From Tricharina praecox (taxonomy: Eukaryota): a stretch of 64,000 bases of DNA. The DNA is taken from positions 372,001 to 436,000 of the forward strand of contig NW_026250405.1 of assembly GCF_024521635.1 (NCBI RefSeq), written 5' to 3'. The translations under genes and the position numbers were made by a program. Shown here piece after piece: positions 25,325 to 36,556 of this stretch; the first letter of the stretch is position 1, and each line of letters starts with the position of its first letter. A model generated the notes under the pieces. It made no database searches, had not been told where the DNA came from, and worked only from the letters and a program-made list of their open reading frames with translations.

Positions 25325-25900
25325 ATCACTCACGACATTGGATCGTACGGCGTAATCCACAAGCGGGGCAAATATCGTTGTCTCGCGCAGCGGCCAGAGC
25401 AACAATACTTGGCCAATGGCGCATGCATCCCACTCATGCATGGCCAGGAGGTAAGACCTTTCAACTTTGAAAGGAAGACAACCTCCGCGTATAACGTGGG
25501 GGGATAATAAACCACGTTATACGCGTATAACTTGGGGCGGTAGTAGACCAGTTATACTTCTTTGGTTATTTGGATCTCATCCGAAACCGTTCGTCACCCG
25601 GTTTCGGATAGGCCATCCACAGGGAGCAAGTCGGCAAGTCGAGTCTTGACCGACTTGGACTCCCGGAGGAAGGGGGAAAGAACTTGTGCCGGCAGCACAA
25701 GAGAAAACCCCGTCCGTAGATCTTTTCTGCTCAGCCTCGAGGGTTGGATCCGTCTCTCGCAATAGTCCACTTTGTAAACCAGTTGCACGGAACCCTCAGT
25801 TCCTCGCTGCTACGGCTAAGCAGGATAGCTCTGTAAGGTTATCCTGGAAGTATAAAGTGGGGGGGGGAGAACGACGTACCTTGAGGATTGAGCTCGAACT
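25325..25900 (+). ncRNA. H module, reference copy: candidate highly structured non-coding RNA / non-autonomous element
   Basis: Back-to-back stems at 25373-84/25397-407, 25447-52/25481-86 (inner cctttcaa/ttgaaagg), 25488-99/25512-23, 25525-35/25548-57, 25579-89/25599-609, 25622-34/25650-64, 25683-89/25695-701 and 25822-29/25838-45. Covariation in the other copies; no conserved long ORF. The repeat is certain, the RNA function is inferred. Confidence 0.55.
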
Positions 25901-26272
25901 TAGGTGAATGGAAGGTGGATGGGTGGAAAAGAAGGAGGGATGGAGGGTGGAAAGGAAGGAAGGGTGAATAGCCGATGAGGAAAGGAAGCTGTGATGGTTG
26001 TAAAGAGAAGGAGAGGAGGAGGAGCAGAGGGGGGGTGGTTTTATAAGTGTTGTGGGGTGGCTAGTTTACATTCAGTTTCGCCGTCGCCAGACCGCTAGAC
26101 CCCACCAAACTTGCTCGTCACTTAGAACCAGCGAGCACACATGACGCCAATCGTCGGAGCTAGGTGGAAGTGCCGCTAGAACCTACTAAAACGTTCTCGT
26201 CAGATTCAACGAGCGAGCAAACGATACGAGCTACATCCTCGCCGGAGATGGCTCGAAGTCACCTCGCGTGCC
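25850..26272 (-). promoter_or_regulatory. Promoter module P2 (TATAAAA on - at 26039-26045 plus CT-rich tract) facing the H module
   Basis: Colinear with 1-475; duplicated cgctaga.c..ac.aaa..tt/gctcgtca motif at about 26093 and 26174. Confidence 0.75.
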
Positions 26273-27337
26273 GGCGGCTAAACTGGTTACGGATCATGGC
26301 CAAATATGTTCAACACACCTTTTTGGAAAAAAGCGCTGACTAAAAGAGTGAGAAAGGAAAGAGGAAAAGAGAGGAAAAGAGGGAGAACAAGATGAGAAAA
26401 ACAGAGAGCGGAAGAGAGGCTATTGGTTCAATGACTTGTACCATGGCAGTCGCGGTGGATACTCTTTGATAATCCACACGACATAGTCCAAGCTTCCCCA
26501 TGTAATAATCTCTACTATCAGTCCGGAGCCACCCTCCACGGGATTGTATCATGGTTACCCTGAAACATGTGGTGAAAGCACCGGATATCACTCGCCATCT
26601 TTTCGCGAATTGACTCCGTCATTCCTGTTCGGTGACTAGTCATTCCGTCAATGACTCCAACTGTGTAGGTTGATTGCCTTTTGAAATAGGTCCCTAATGA
26701 TAACCAATATAATAGTTAAGGCAAACTTCATCTACCTATACCTATATGTATTTCCATGTGTATAAGGTATATGTTGCCAGCTCGCTGAGTGTAACAGTAT
26801 GATTTCGTTTCCATACTCCCCAACACTCATCAGAGTTCAATCGCTATCGTAGGTACCTACAACTTTAACTGGATGTTTGTTCACTATAGTACATGAACAG
26901 CTTACGCCTCTTCGCAAGAGACGATCCTTTCAGGCGCCATGGAGGAAGGCCGGCAGGCATGATGGTGGTTCTTAGCTGTAGAGCTAAGAGGCGCGAACGA
27001 AAAAGTGGGTTTGATGGTGGAGATAGCACTGTATTACCGGCTAAGGCTTAGTTTCCCTGAAATGTAAACCCCTAACCCATCACCATCTCCACCAAACCCC
27101 TCTCCTCGCTGTCACCTACGTATCCTCTCGCAATTTTCGTTCTCGTTTTGGCTCTCTTTTTCTCTCTTCTTTGTCTTGTTTGGCGGTCTGTTGTGGTGTG
27201 GCGCGACTAGCCTTTCGACCGCCGTACCAGGCAACTTTATTGATATTCCGGGCCGGACAAATTCGGTCCCGTTTGGAGCATAGCCTAGGACGGACGGGAC
27301 GATTCCCAGGCCTGTCGTCCAGTGCGTAATGCCAGTT

Positions 27338-27447
27338 TGATCTCGCTGTCGAGACTCGAGATGAGAAGTGCGTGATGACCTTGGATCTCTTCGGACGCTC
27401 CCTTTGTCCCGCGAAGCTGCAGGATGCACGACGACTGCGATGCTTCA
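27338..27447 (+). repeat. Dispersed repeat, copy 2 (see 24043-24175)
   Basis: Same ordered blocks as 24043-24175. Confidence 0.7.
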
Positions 27448-27644
27448 TGATGAACGAACTGAAAGCATCAGTCGAAGGTTCCAGCACCGACCCGCAGAGC
27501 AATCAAGTTTGATTGCGGCCGCACGCCCTTCATTCCGCACGCACTTTGGCCCGATCGCCAGCGGCCAGCCAGCTATAAATACCCGCCGTGCTTTCCCTCC
27601 CCTCCCCATCGCACCATCCGCCGGCCCTTCACGTTTCGCACAGC

Positions 27645-28013
27645 ATGGACATCACCTTCCACCTCGAACCCACGGCCGACACACCCCCGCACCGCCCGCT
27701 TCCTTACCTCACGCGCATTACCACCGCAGAACAATTTCTCCTCCCCAGCAGCGGCACGTTCGCCACACTGTACAACCACCTGTATGGGTTGATATATCAA
27801 CGCCTTCTTCGCAGCGTGGTGCTGCGCATTTATACCAGCACTGGCGTCCTGCTGCTGGCGAACGCCACGCCGCTGTCGGCGCTGATGGAGGATTACGCCT
27901 CCCCCCACGGCGTGGTGGATTTGCGCTACGAGTACGGCATCCCCACGCGCGCGGCGGAGGTGTTTGGGAGAGGAGATGGGAGCGGCGGTGGCGGGTGCAA
28001 CGGTGGAGTCTAG
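27645..28013 (+). CDS. Small protein (122 aa), putative divergent Atg8/Atg12-like ubiquitin fold
   Basis: TATAAATA at 27574, cagcATGg context, intronless. Pattern ITFHLEP...LP.L...QFLLP..GTF..L...L...LRIY...PLSALMEDY...GVVDLRY...EVFG-R resembles the Atg8-family layout. Confidence 0.6.
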   Translation: MDITFHLEPTADTPPHRPLPYLTRITTAEQFLLPSSGTFATLYNHLYGLIYQRLLRSVVLRIYTSTGVLLLANATPLSALMEDYASPHGVVDLRYEYGIPTRAAEVFGRGDGSGGGGCNGGV

Positions 28014-29228
28014 GTAGGTACCCTAGGTAGGACACCGGGCGGGGCGAGGCGAGGCGCGGGATAGGATCGTACGATGGACGTTGTGATGTCGGCGTGCGAT
28101 CTCTCGCTTGCGGGCCGTGAGTGATCCGAAGCCAAGTCCCTGATGAATCGTAGCTCGGCTGTTCTGCGGCTTGTTTGTAGGTAGAAATAGTTGCCTGAGC
28201 TGATAAGTTACACTTTGTTTGACATACCTGTTCCCATAGCCCACTGCCAAAAACATCTTCCGAGTGCCTTGAACAACGGCTAATATGCGTGACGGTGATG
28301 AAACTGGCTTTGCTGCGCAGTACCGGTATATATCTACCCCAGACATAGAGTAGGTACCTCCGCTTTGTCACACAGTCACTACCTATCACCCGCCGCACAT
28401 CATTCGTCGTCACTCGTCGCACTGAGCCGGCGACGTCAGATTACGTTAGTGTGTGTGGTTGCCAAGTCGTTTCACTGTGTTTTGCCGAAAAAGCGTGCAT
28501 GGGTCGAGTAACGAGTAACGTGATTGACTGGGACTATGCTGACGCGAGCGAGTATGTAGGGGCCGGACCGAACTCTTGTGTGAATCAGCAAATTACCGAA
28601 AACTGGTGATTGTGTGTTTCAACGTGGGTACATAAAGCTTCTTAGGTCCTGTAACGAAAGTGTCCAGCTCGGCTATAGTATAGCGCATGGAAGTAATCCA
28701 AGCTATAACGCAGTAGAGCGCCGGGCCGAGGGGCGGTGCGGGTGAAGGCGTTTGCATGACGATGAGGGAACGGGGCTGAAGAAAAGGGCTGAAGAAGAAG
28801 GCTGAGCCTGGCGGAAGTGACGTAGATGGTTGTTGATTAGGTTGCTCTCCCCGCTACGGGGAGAACTTTAGCTGGCCCGCTAGTTAAGCATAATCCGTCC
28901 GGGCCTCCTGTGACATGTCACATGCGTAGAAGGGGTTTCGGCTTCAGTACGTACCCAGGAAATTCAGCTTGTGAAGTGGTTATCCTCCGTCTCCAACCTG
29001 CTGCTTAGATTTGGGGGCTCATCTCAGGCTGAGAACGAAAGTCATAGATTGCACAAACAGCATTAAAAAAGAGGTAGCAAATCACAAACTTCAAATTCGC
29101 ATCTAGATGCCTAAATACTTGTGTAGAAAGAAGAAGGTAGAATCAAACCCTGCACCCTCGTAGTTCAAAGATTCATCATTGGAAACCTTGTAGAACTATC
29201 CTTCCAGTGCTTTTCCTCACCATCCAAC

Positions 29229-30500
29229 CTAATTGGAAACCGCCCTTTTCTTCTTGTAGAACTTAGCACCAGTATCGGTATACTTGGCACCGTGACGAAC
29301 ATCCTTGAGACATGACTCGTAGAGCAGATGCTCCTCGGTCCGCTTGAGAACCTCATCCTGCTCAGCGATGACAGCCATGGCTCTCTCGAGATTCTCGGTG
29401 TGCATCTGGCGCTCCGCGGCGAAACGACGGTGCATGAGATTCTTCTCACGTTCGAGGCGAAGACGGGCGGCCATGGAGGCGAGCAGCTTGTTGTAGATGC
29501 TCTTGACGTACTCGGCGTGATCTGCCAGTCCTTCACCGGTATTCTGGGCGAGATCGACGGTGTTGGTGATGCTGCGGGTGCGACTGAGGTTGAGAGGCTC
29601 CTCAGAGAAGATCGCCTGCTGCTCCGAAAGCTGTTCCTTCAGATTGGCATTTTCGACGCGAAGAGCGTTGCGCTCGGAGGTGACGGCGTTCAGCTTGTGC
29701 TTGATTTCGTCGACCTCGCGGTCGACTTCATCGTTATCGACGATACGAATGCTGGGGACGGCAAGGCTTTCCGCGCACTGCGTGGGGCTACCGAGACCTC
29801 TTCCCGAGGGAGGACGACTGCCCCACTGGGTTGAAACGCTCCGCGAGGCGGCCGGAGAAGTGGCGTCAAACCTCCATTGCGCCGGAACAAAGTTCTCGTA
29901 GCCTTCAGCATCGGTCTGCGTACTGGCACTAGCCTTCGGTGACTTCGCACTGGAGCGACGCATCATGTTGACGTAACGCATGATGATTCTCTACATTAAT
30001 TAGCGAGATCGCCTGAAGGATTTATGACCAACCTTGATGATTTCCCTCTTCTTGATTCCTTCAGCCTTGAAAGCAGCCGGAGTGCGAGGCTCCGAGACAG
30101 TTGACTCCCGATTGCTGTCGTAACCGCGGCGTCCAATCGACGAGGCAGCCGAGCAGATAGTTCCTTCGCCAGCACACTGCGACCTAGCTCTCTCGGTAAA
30201 GCTGAGAACGGAGGCGTGGGTGACTGAAGCCGGACGCTGAGGAACAAGGAGGTCTGAATGATAAACTGTTAGTATGTCCGGATGGTGGGTCGAATGCACC
30301 TAGGACTCACTCATGTCAAACATCAGGGGGGTTAGATTGCGTTTGTGACTCGTAGTAGCCGAACGAGTAAGAGCAGGCCGTGCCGGTGATGAGAAAATCG
30401 ACTCGGCGATCACGTCCGAAGAGCTGACTCCGAGATCGGTAGAGTACCCCAGCTGACGGGGTCGCGAGACGTTCATGTCGGTATTGCAGTTGTAACTCAT
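29229..30500 (-). CDS. Hypothetical coiled-coil protein, 3 exons
   Basis: ORFs 30300-30500, 30000-30299 and 29229-29981 are linked by introns (gtgagt..ctaac..cag at about 30310-30255; gttggt..gctaat..tag at about 30032-29992). Heptad-rich segment EVDREVDEIKHKLNAVTSERNALRVENANLKEQL. Confidence 0.7.
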
Positions 30501-32597
30501 AGTATAGGATAGTATAGTAGGCGATATAGAGGATTGTAGATGTTTGAGAAGGGGGGTAGGGGAGTTGTAGAGGTTGAGGATGGCAATGGTAAGAGGCGAG
30601 GGAGTAGTCGTAGGGATGGAGGGTGGTGCAGTGGGGTGATAGGGTATGAAGTTCCAACGTCTGGGAGTTCAAATTATTCGGGTAGCGTCACTCAATCAGA
30701 GATCAGGAAAAACCAAGGCAAATGATCGAGAGGTATTACAAGATCCCACGAACCCCTACATCATTCCATCACTCAAACCCTACACATCACTCACCATGAT
30801 TCGCTGTTCACACAATGTGAATACATAAAGGACATTTCTTCTAAATATTATTTATTTCGAGATTCTAGAATTAATCTACCAAGTGGGCAATTGCAAAGGA
30901 CTTATTTGTAACACCTGGAATACTCTCGCGGGGGGATCATTTTATTGACCTATCTACTGACCTAAATGTCCACACCAAGGGGAGCCACCACCGCGAGACT
31001 GGCTAATCGGCTTCCGTCGCCTGCCCACAAGAGAGGAGTACACTATCCAATGGATAACACAAAAGAAAGCGAACCAATTTTCTCCTCCTCTCGGCCTATG
31101 CTCCCCTTGACCCCTTCGTAAGGTTTCCTACTCCCTGCCCCCGTGATTCACAACTCGACGCCTCGCTCAGCAGCGGGCCGATTCCCGTTCTTCGCCGGGT
31201 ATCCTTCTACCAATCTCCGTTTCTCTGAGAAACTTGAGGATGCTTCCGCTATCCGCTCATCAGTAAAGAGATTCGCTATTCGCCAGCGGTGTCATGCTCT
31301 ACCGCTGATCTTCTTCGCCCTCGCCCAGAGTTCCTTCTGTTGTTCCTTCCAGGTGCACATACTCTCGCGGTGCAATGACGAGAGAGCGAGAGCAGCTAAG
31401 TATAAATGGTGCGCTTAGCCGCGTCAATTCGGGTATCCCCGAAGACGCTAGATACCCGCTCTGCAAGTGCACAGGAACAGAGGCTTCGAGCTGCTATGGT
31501 AGCTGATTACGGTTGCAACTGTTGCTTTGACCGGGAACCTGATTAGTCAAAACACCGCATTGATCAGCTTGTGACTGGCTCCATAACAGTGAATTTGAAT
31601 ATCTCTCGGCTGGACAATCAGGGTGGTGAATTGTGCGTTCGGACACCAGTCCAATAGGGACCGTAGGACGGGACCGTCCCGGATATGTTTTCCAAAGGAC
31701 TAGTCCTTCCAGTCCGGAGAATGAAAGACCCAGATTGCCTACAGGTCTGTACCTACGTACCTGAAGTAATTAGCATGCAGTTTCTAGTCTTTGGTGGTCC
31801 GGAGGTTACCGTCAAACATAACTCTCGCGCTGGGAACAGATTTTCCGCCGCGCCGAGTAGTATCTCTGCGGTAGTTAATCGCCATTATCCGCCAGGTGGA
31901 GAACATGCTCAGAAACCTAGAACAGTAAACGTCAGGCCTGAAAATAAACGGCGGCGTGGCGGTAAGGATGCACCGGTACGAGAGGGAGGGGTAGAGGGTG
32001 ACAGCGAGGCGGGCACGGATGTAGAGAGAGGGCAATGCAACGCGAAGTGCAACGGCGCATATAGGGATGTTCGTGTGTAGAAACTTCCTTAGGTAGCCTT
32101 TTCTGTTCCGGGTCCTGTAGGATATCCGTCCTCATATCGTAACTTGTGAAAGCTATTCCTCTGTAATTATTCCCAGCCCAATAGGCAATATCGTCCGGAA
32201 TGGCCGCAACGACCGACTGGACACCCTATCCACCCCCCCTGCGCCAAGTTTCCGTGAGCTCGATTGTTGGCAGTAGAAAACCGAATGAACTAATATTCAC
32301 CTCGCGCTTTCGGACTAGGTACTTCTAAGATCGAGAAACAGGCCATGATCAAGGCGGTGAATCTTATGAGTCTCCAAGGGAAAGAAACTACACTTTTCCC
32401 TCTGAACACACCACAAACGTCACGCGAAGATAGACCAATTAAGGAAGAAACATTTTTCGTATTTACTACGGAAATGAAAAACTCCCTAATGCCCGCCACA
32501 CTCCACCACCAAACCCCAGAAAGCACACCCCCAACGCCAAACTTAAAAACCAGACCACACAACCAACCCCAAGGGCCAAAAAACCACACCACTTGTA

Positions 32598-35500
32598 TCA
32601 TCGGTAGCCATGCCACGAGAGCCTGCCAAGAAGTGCTTCCACGAAGTTCACTGAGTCATAGAACCCCCTATCCCAAAGGAAGAGTCGGTCTACTCCTAAG
32701 ATCACCGCCAAATAGTGCGGACAGCTCAACAACTCCAGGATCCCCTTCCTCTCAAGCAACTGACCACGGCCCGAAAAGGGAACAGGGCATTCCGGCTCTT
32801 CGAAGCGCATCCTGAGGAGACGACGACACTCATCAAAGTCCAGACGAGCCTGGGTGGGGGCACCACAGGCAAGAGGCTGAGAAGGGGGCAGAACTTTCTG
32901 GCGCTCGCGATCGATACCAGGGTTGGTGTCGGAATTGTATCTACCATTGATCGTCTTCACGAACGCCCTGTAATCAATTGCGTTCAAGTACTCCTTAGAC
33001 GGCTCTTGAGTAGGAAACATTTGACGCCCGTGTTTTGGAGGCGACAGCGAGACCACAACAATCTGCGCGATGTTACCGAAGCGCAAAACCGAGGTGTGAC
33101 GAAGTCCAGCACCGTCGGACAGCACAGGGGGCGTCGGGGGAGGCGGCCGAATCGGAAGGTTCGCATTACCGGAAATCCAAGTTGGCAGCATACGCCCTCC
33201 CGGTAACACGCCAGATGATGCCGGACCAGAAAACCACCCCTCTCTTGTGTGGAGTGCTGGGTTTGCCGTCGACAGCGATGAATAGTCAAATTGACCTGGC
33301 GGGGGCTCCCACTCCATAGCCGGCGGAAACTCCTCCCTAGGCGCAAAGGTGACCAATTGATACGGCGACGGCACGGGCACCAGAGTTTGCTGCGCAACAG
33401 TGGGCCTCATAGGACCAGGCATCTGTTGCTCAGCAACAGAGGGCCGTGAAGGACCAGGCTGTTCTTCCGCCACCACCGAGTTCTGCGATGGACCCGGATG
33501 TTGTTGCGCCACAACAGGAGGCGTCCAAGGACCAGGCATCTGTAGCTCAGTAATAGAGGGCCGTGAAGGACCAGGCTGTTGTTCCGCCACCACCGAGTTC
33601 TGCGATGGACCCGGATGTTGTTGCGCCACAACAGGAGGCGTCCACGGACCAGGCATCTGTTGCTCAGCAACAGAGGGCAGCGAAGGACCGGGCTGCTGCT
33701 GCGCCACCAGCGAGGGCTGCGACGGGCAAGGCATCTGCTTCTGGGCAAAAGAACGACTATAGGGAGGAGGCATCGGTGGTAGGGTAACAGAGGGCCGCGA
33801 AGGACCAGGCTGGAGCTGCGCCACCGCCGAGGGCTGCGAATGACTAGGTTGGAGCTGCGCCACCGCCGAGGGCTGCGAATGACTAGGTTGGAGCTGCGCT
33901 AACGCCGAGGGCTGCGAAGGGCCAGACTGGAGCTGTACCACCGCCGAGGGTTGCGATGGACCAGCAATCTGCTGCTGGGTAACAGGACGCTTATACGCAG
34001 GAGGCATCAGTGGTAGAGTAACAGAGGGCTGTGAAGGGCCAGGCTGCAGCTGTGCCACCACCGAGGGTTGCGAAGGACCAGGCTGCAGCTGCGCCACCAC
34101 CGAAGGCTGCGAAGGACCAGAAATCTGCTTTTGGGCAACAGGACGCCTATAAGCAGAGGGAATCCGTGGCAGCGTAACAGAGGGCCGCGAAGTACCAGGT
34201 AGCTGTTGTTGCAAGGGCCTGTAAGCCCGCACTGGTTGCCCCTGGGAAGTCCGCCAGTTTCCATCTACCTTCAAATTCCTGAGGATGGGATACCCGGCGA
34301 CTTTCGTGGGTCGTGCAGCCCCCACGATCTGCATAAGCTCTCCGAGCTCATCGTAAATCTTCTCGTAGGCGGCTGTTTTACCAGCGTCGTCCATGGTCAT
34401 TGCAATGCGATTGACATAGTACTTATGTCTAAAATAACTGAACTTCACGATCTGGTCTTCGAAGTCCTGGGGTCCCCTGCCTCGTTTCAGAACCTTGTTC
34501 ACCCAGTCCATGGTTTCCGTCGCAAGCCAAATGCTCCCACACGGCGTGTATTTAGACGGGTACAAAGCAGTCCCTAGGGGCTTTGTGCGATAGATTACGA
34601 AGACATTTTTGTCTTCCGCCTCCATCCCCGATTCACGCTGCTGAAGAACGGTATCTAGTTGCTGCTCGTCTCCCGTCTTCCGCACGAACGCCTTCTTCGA
34701 GGTCGGTCCATCCTCTGGCTCAGCCGAAGCTCGTCGCTTGGTTAACTCGCCCCCATGCCGTACCGGAACAGAAACCTCCTCCGACGGGATCATCGAGTCC
34801 GTTAAAGTTAACCTCTTCCGCCTCTCAATTTCCTCTCGTGTCTTCCTCAGAAGATCGGTCATGCCGAAAGGCGTTCTCGAAACCTCCTCTGACTCCTCCC
34901 TCTCCCTCTTATTCCCTTGCAGTTCAGCACCACCCTGTCCACTCGCATTGGTGAGGCCTGTGAGAGCAGACCCATAGCCTCCGTCACCACCATACTTTGA
35001 TGGGCTAGCTTGCTGGTACTCGAGTGATAATCCCCCAACGGACGACGGCTCGCCCAGACCGTTCCCTCCCGCGCCAGTCTCACCACCGTGGAAGCCAAGC
35101 TGCATGCAAGTTCCATCATCGCCGGATGTCTTGCTTGCTCCGTTGAAACCAGCGCTGATCCCAGTCTGAGGTAGGACGCTCTCACCAGCCCCAGCAGCAG
35201 AAGACACCGTCCCAAGTGGAGCAGCATACTGCAGACCCACCTCCTCTGCCGCCGCGTACCCCATGGAATAGTCAGTGGGAGTGCGAGCAATTTCTTCAAC
35301 ATTCTCCGAGCTTGCGCCCAGGTGCACACCGTCCACCCCCGGAAAGGACCACTGGGAAGCGTCATATGGTATCCCACTCTCGCCTACCGCAGTGCTAGAC
35401 ACCCTAGGGAGAGGTGCTAGTTGATCGGGCATAGCATGAAGCTTTCCTGAGAGAGAGCCATGCGTCCCATTCACACCATTGGTACTGTTGTAGACCGGAT

Positions 35501-35811
35501 TCCAATGATACCGGCTCGAAATCTCGTCTTGCTGAGCCTTCGCGAACGTTAGTGATGAGGGGCGAATTCCTCTCGTTAGAAATCGGAGTCACTTACCCAG
35601 TCATCTTCACGTTCCTGGCTTTTCGGAACGGCCGCTTCCACGAACTCATTAATTTCTTGCTCGGTCTACGAGTATGTGGTAAGCACAATCTCATCCAGGG
35701 GGGGTTAAAATGCAGGATACTCACACATGGGATACGATCGGGCTTACTCCAAGGAAAGTTCTGAGCCTCTCGGCCAGGACTTCTCGGGGATCCTTGTGAT
35801 TGTGGAAACAT
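32598..35811 (-). CDS. Large orphan protein (>1000 aa) with a Gln/Pro-rich tandem-repeat region
   Basis: 958-aa ORF extended in frame by two upstream exons (MFPQSQG...RIPC | TEQEINEF...DDW | AQQDEIS...) with gtgagt and gtaagt donors. About 20 PGPS(Q/R)PSVVAQ(L/Q)Q-type repeats at about 33400-34200. Confidence 0.75.
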
Positions 35812-36556
35812 CGTAGTATATTTTGTAGTCAAATTGTTTTGTAAATCCAAGCAATTCGTAACTATTGTAGCGAAGGATATTGTGAGGAAGAAGGGAGGGA
35901 GGGAGCAGTGGGGGTGGGTTTTGTGCGCCGTAACTCACACCCTTCAAAAACACGCACCTAGCCAAGATTTACGCTAGTTTCTATTCTTGCAGAGCCTCGT
36001 GCCACTCACACTTGCGCAAGTTGTGAATGATGCTTCAGCTAAAATATGAAGCCTAGCTTGCAATATCACTCGTTGAGCGAGTGACGAATTATGATTGGTC
36101 TTGGTTGTGATCAATCCGGCGGTGGATTTTCGAATCCGACGAACATGGTACAGCTACTTCCGATTAGCCGAAGAGAGGGCTATGTAATCTGATAGACTGC
36201 TGCAATATGCTCGGTCACATTTGCTTCAGCGTGATACAGACATGATCCTCTATCTATGGGATGGTAGAAAGCCTGAGTAGCTCTGTAGCTTGCGATCAAG
36301 CGCACTTGAATGCTATGGTACACCATACTCGTTGCATATCCCTGAAATATGTGCGCTTTCCTAGAGTGGATATGACGATTCTATGACCTTTGCCAATCTA
36401 TGTGTTTAATGCAGACGTGCCGATGGTAGATATCGACAATCGTAAGTCCCCCCCCTCCCCTCCTCTCTCCACAACATACATACGCCCCACACATAAACCG
36501 CCCCTCGCATATACTTCATCTATAATTGTTTGCGAACTGCGCTCACAGTTAAATAG

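Noticed and set aside
25375..25445. HDV-like ribozyme (tctcgc..cggcc..gcaaca resembles the HDV L3/P1/P4 sequence)
   Set aside because: I could not build a P1/P2 nested double pseudoknot shared by all copies, and the putative P3 is lost in the 14.6-kb copy. An RNAMotif/Infernal search would settle it.
25322..25907. Short ORFs in the H module (e.g. ...QRPEQQ(Y/H)L... recurring at 352-690, 14496-14696, 16238-16492, 25322-25507)
   Set aside because: Starts differ between copies, indels break the frames, and substitutions follow base-pairing rather than codon positions.
27005..27100. Telomerase-RNA template-like cctaaccc inside an inverted repeat
   Set aside because: Not a 1.5x TTAGGG template (taaccctaa is absent) and no other TER landmarks were seen; it is just a short imperfect inverted repeat.
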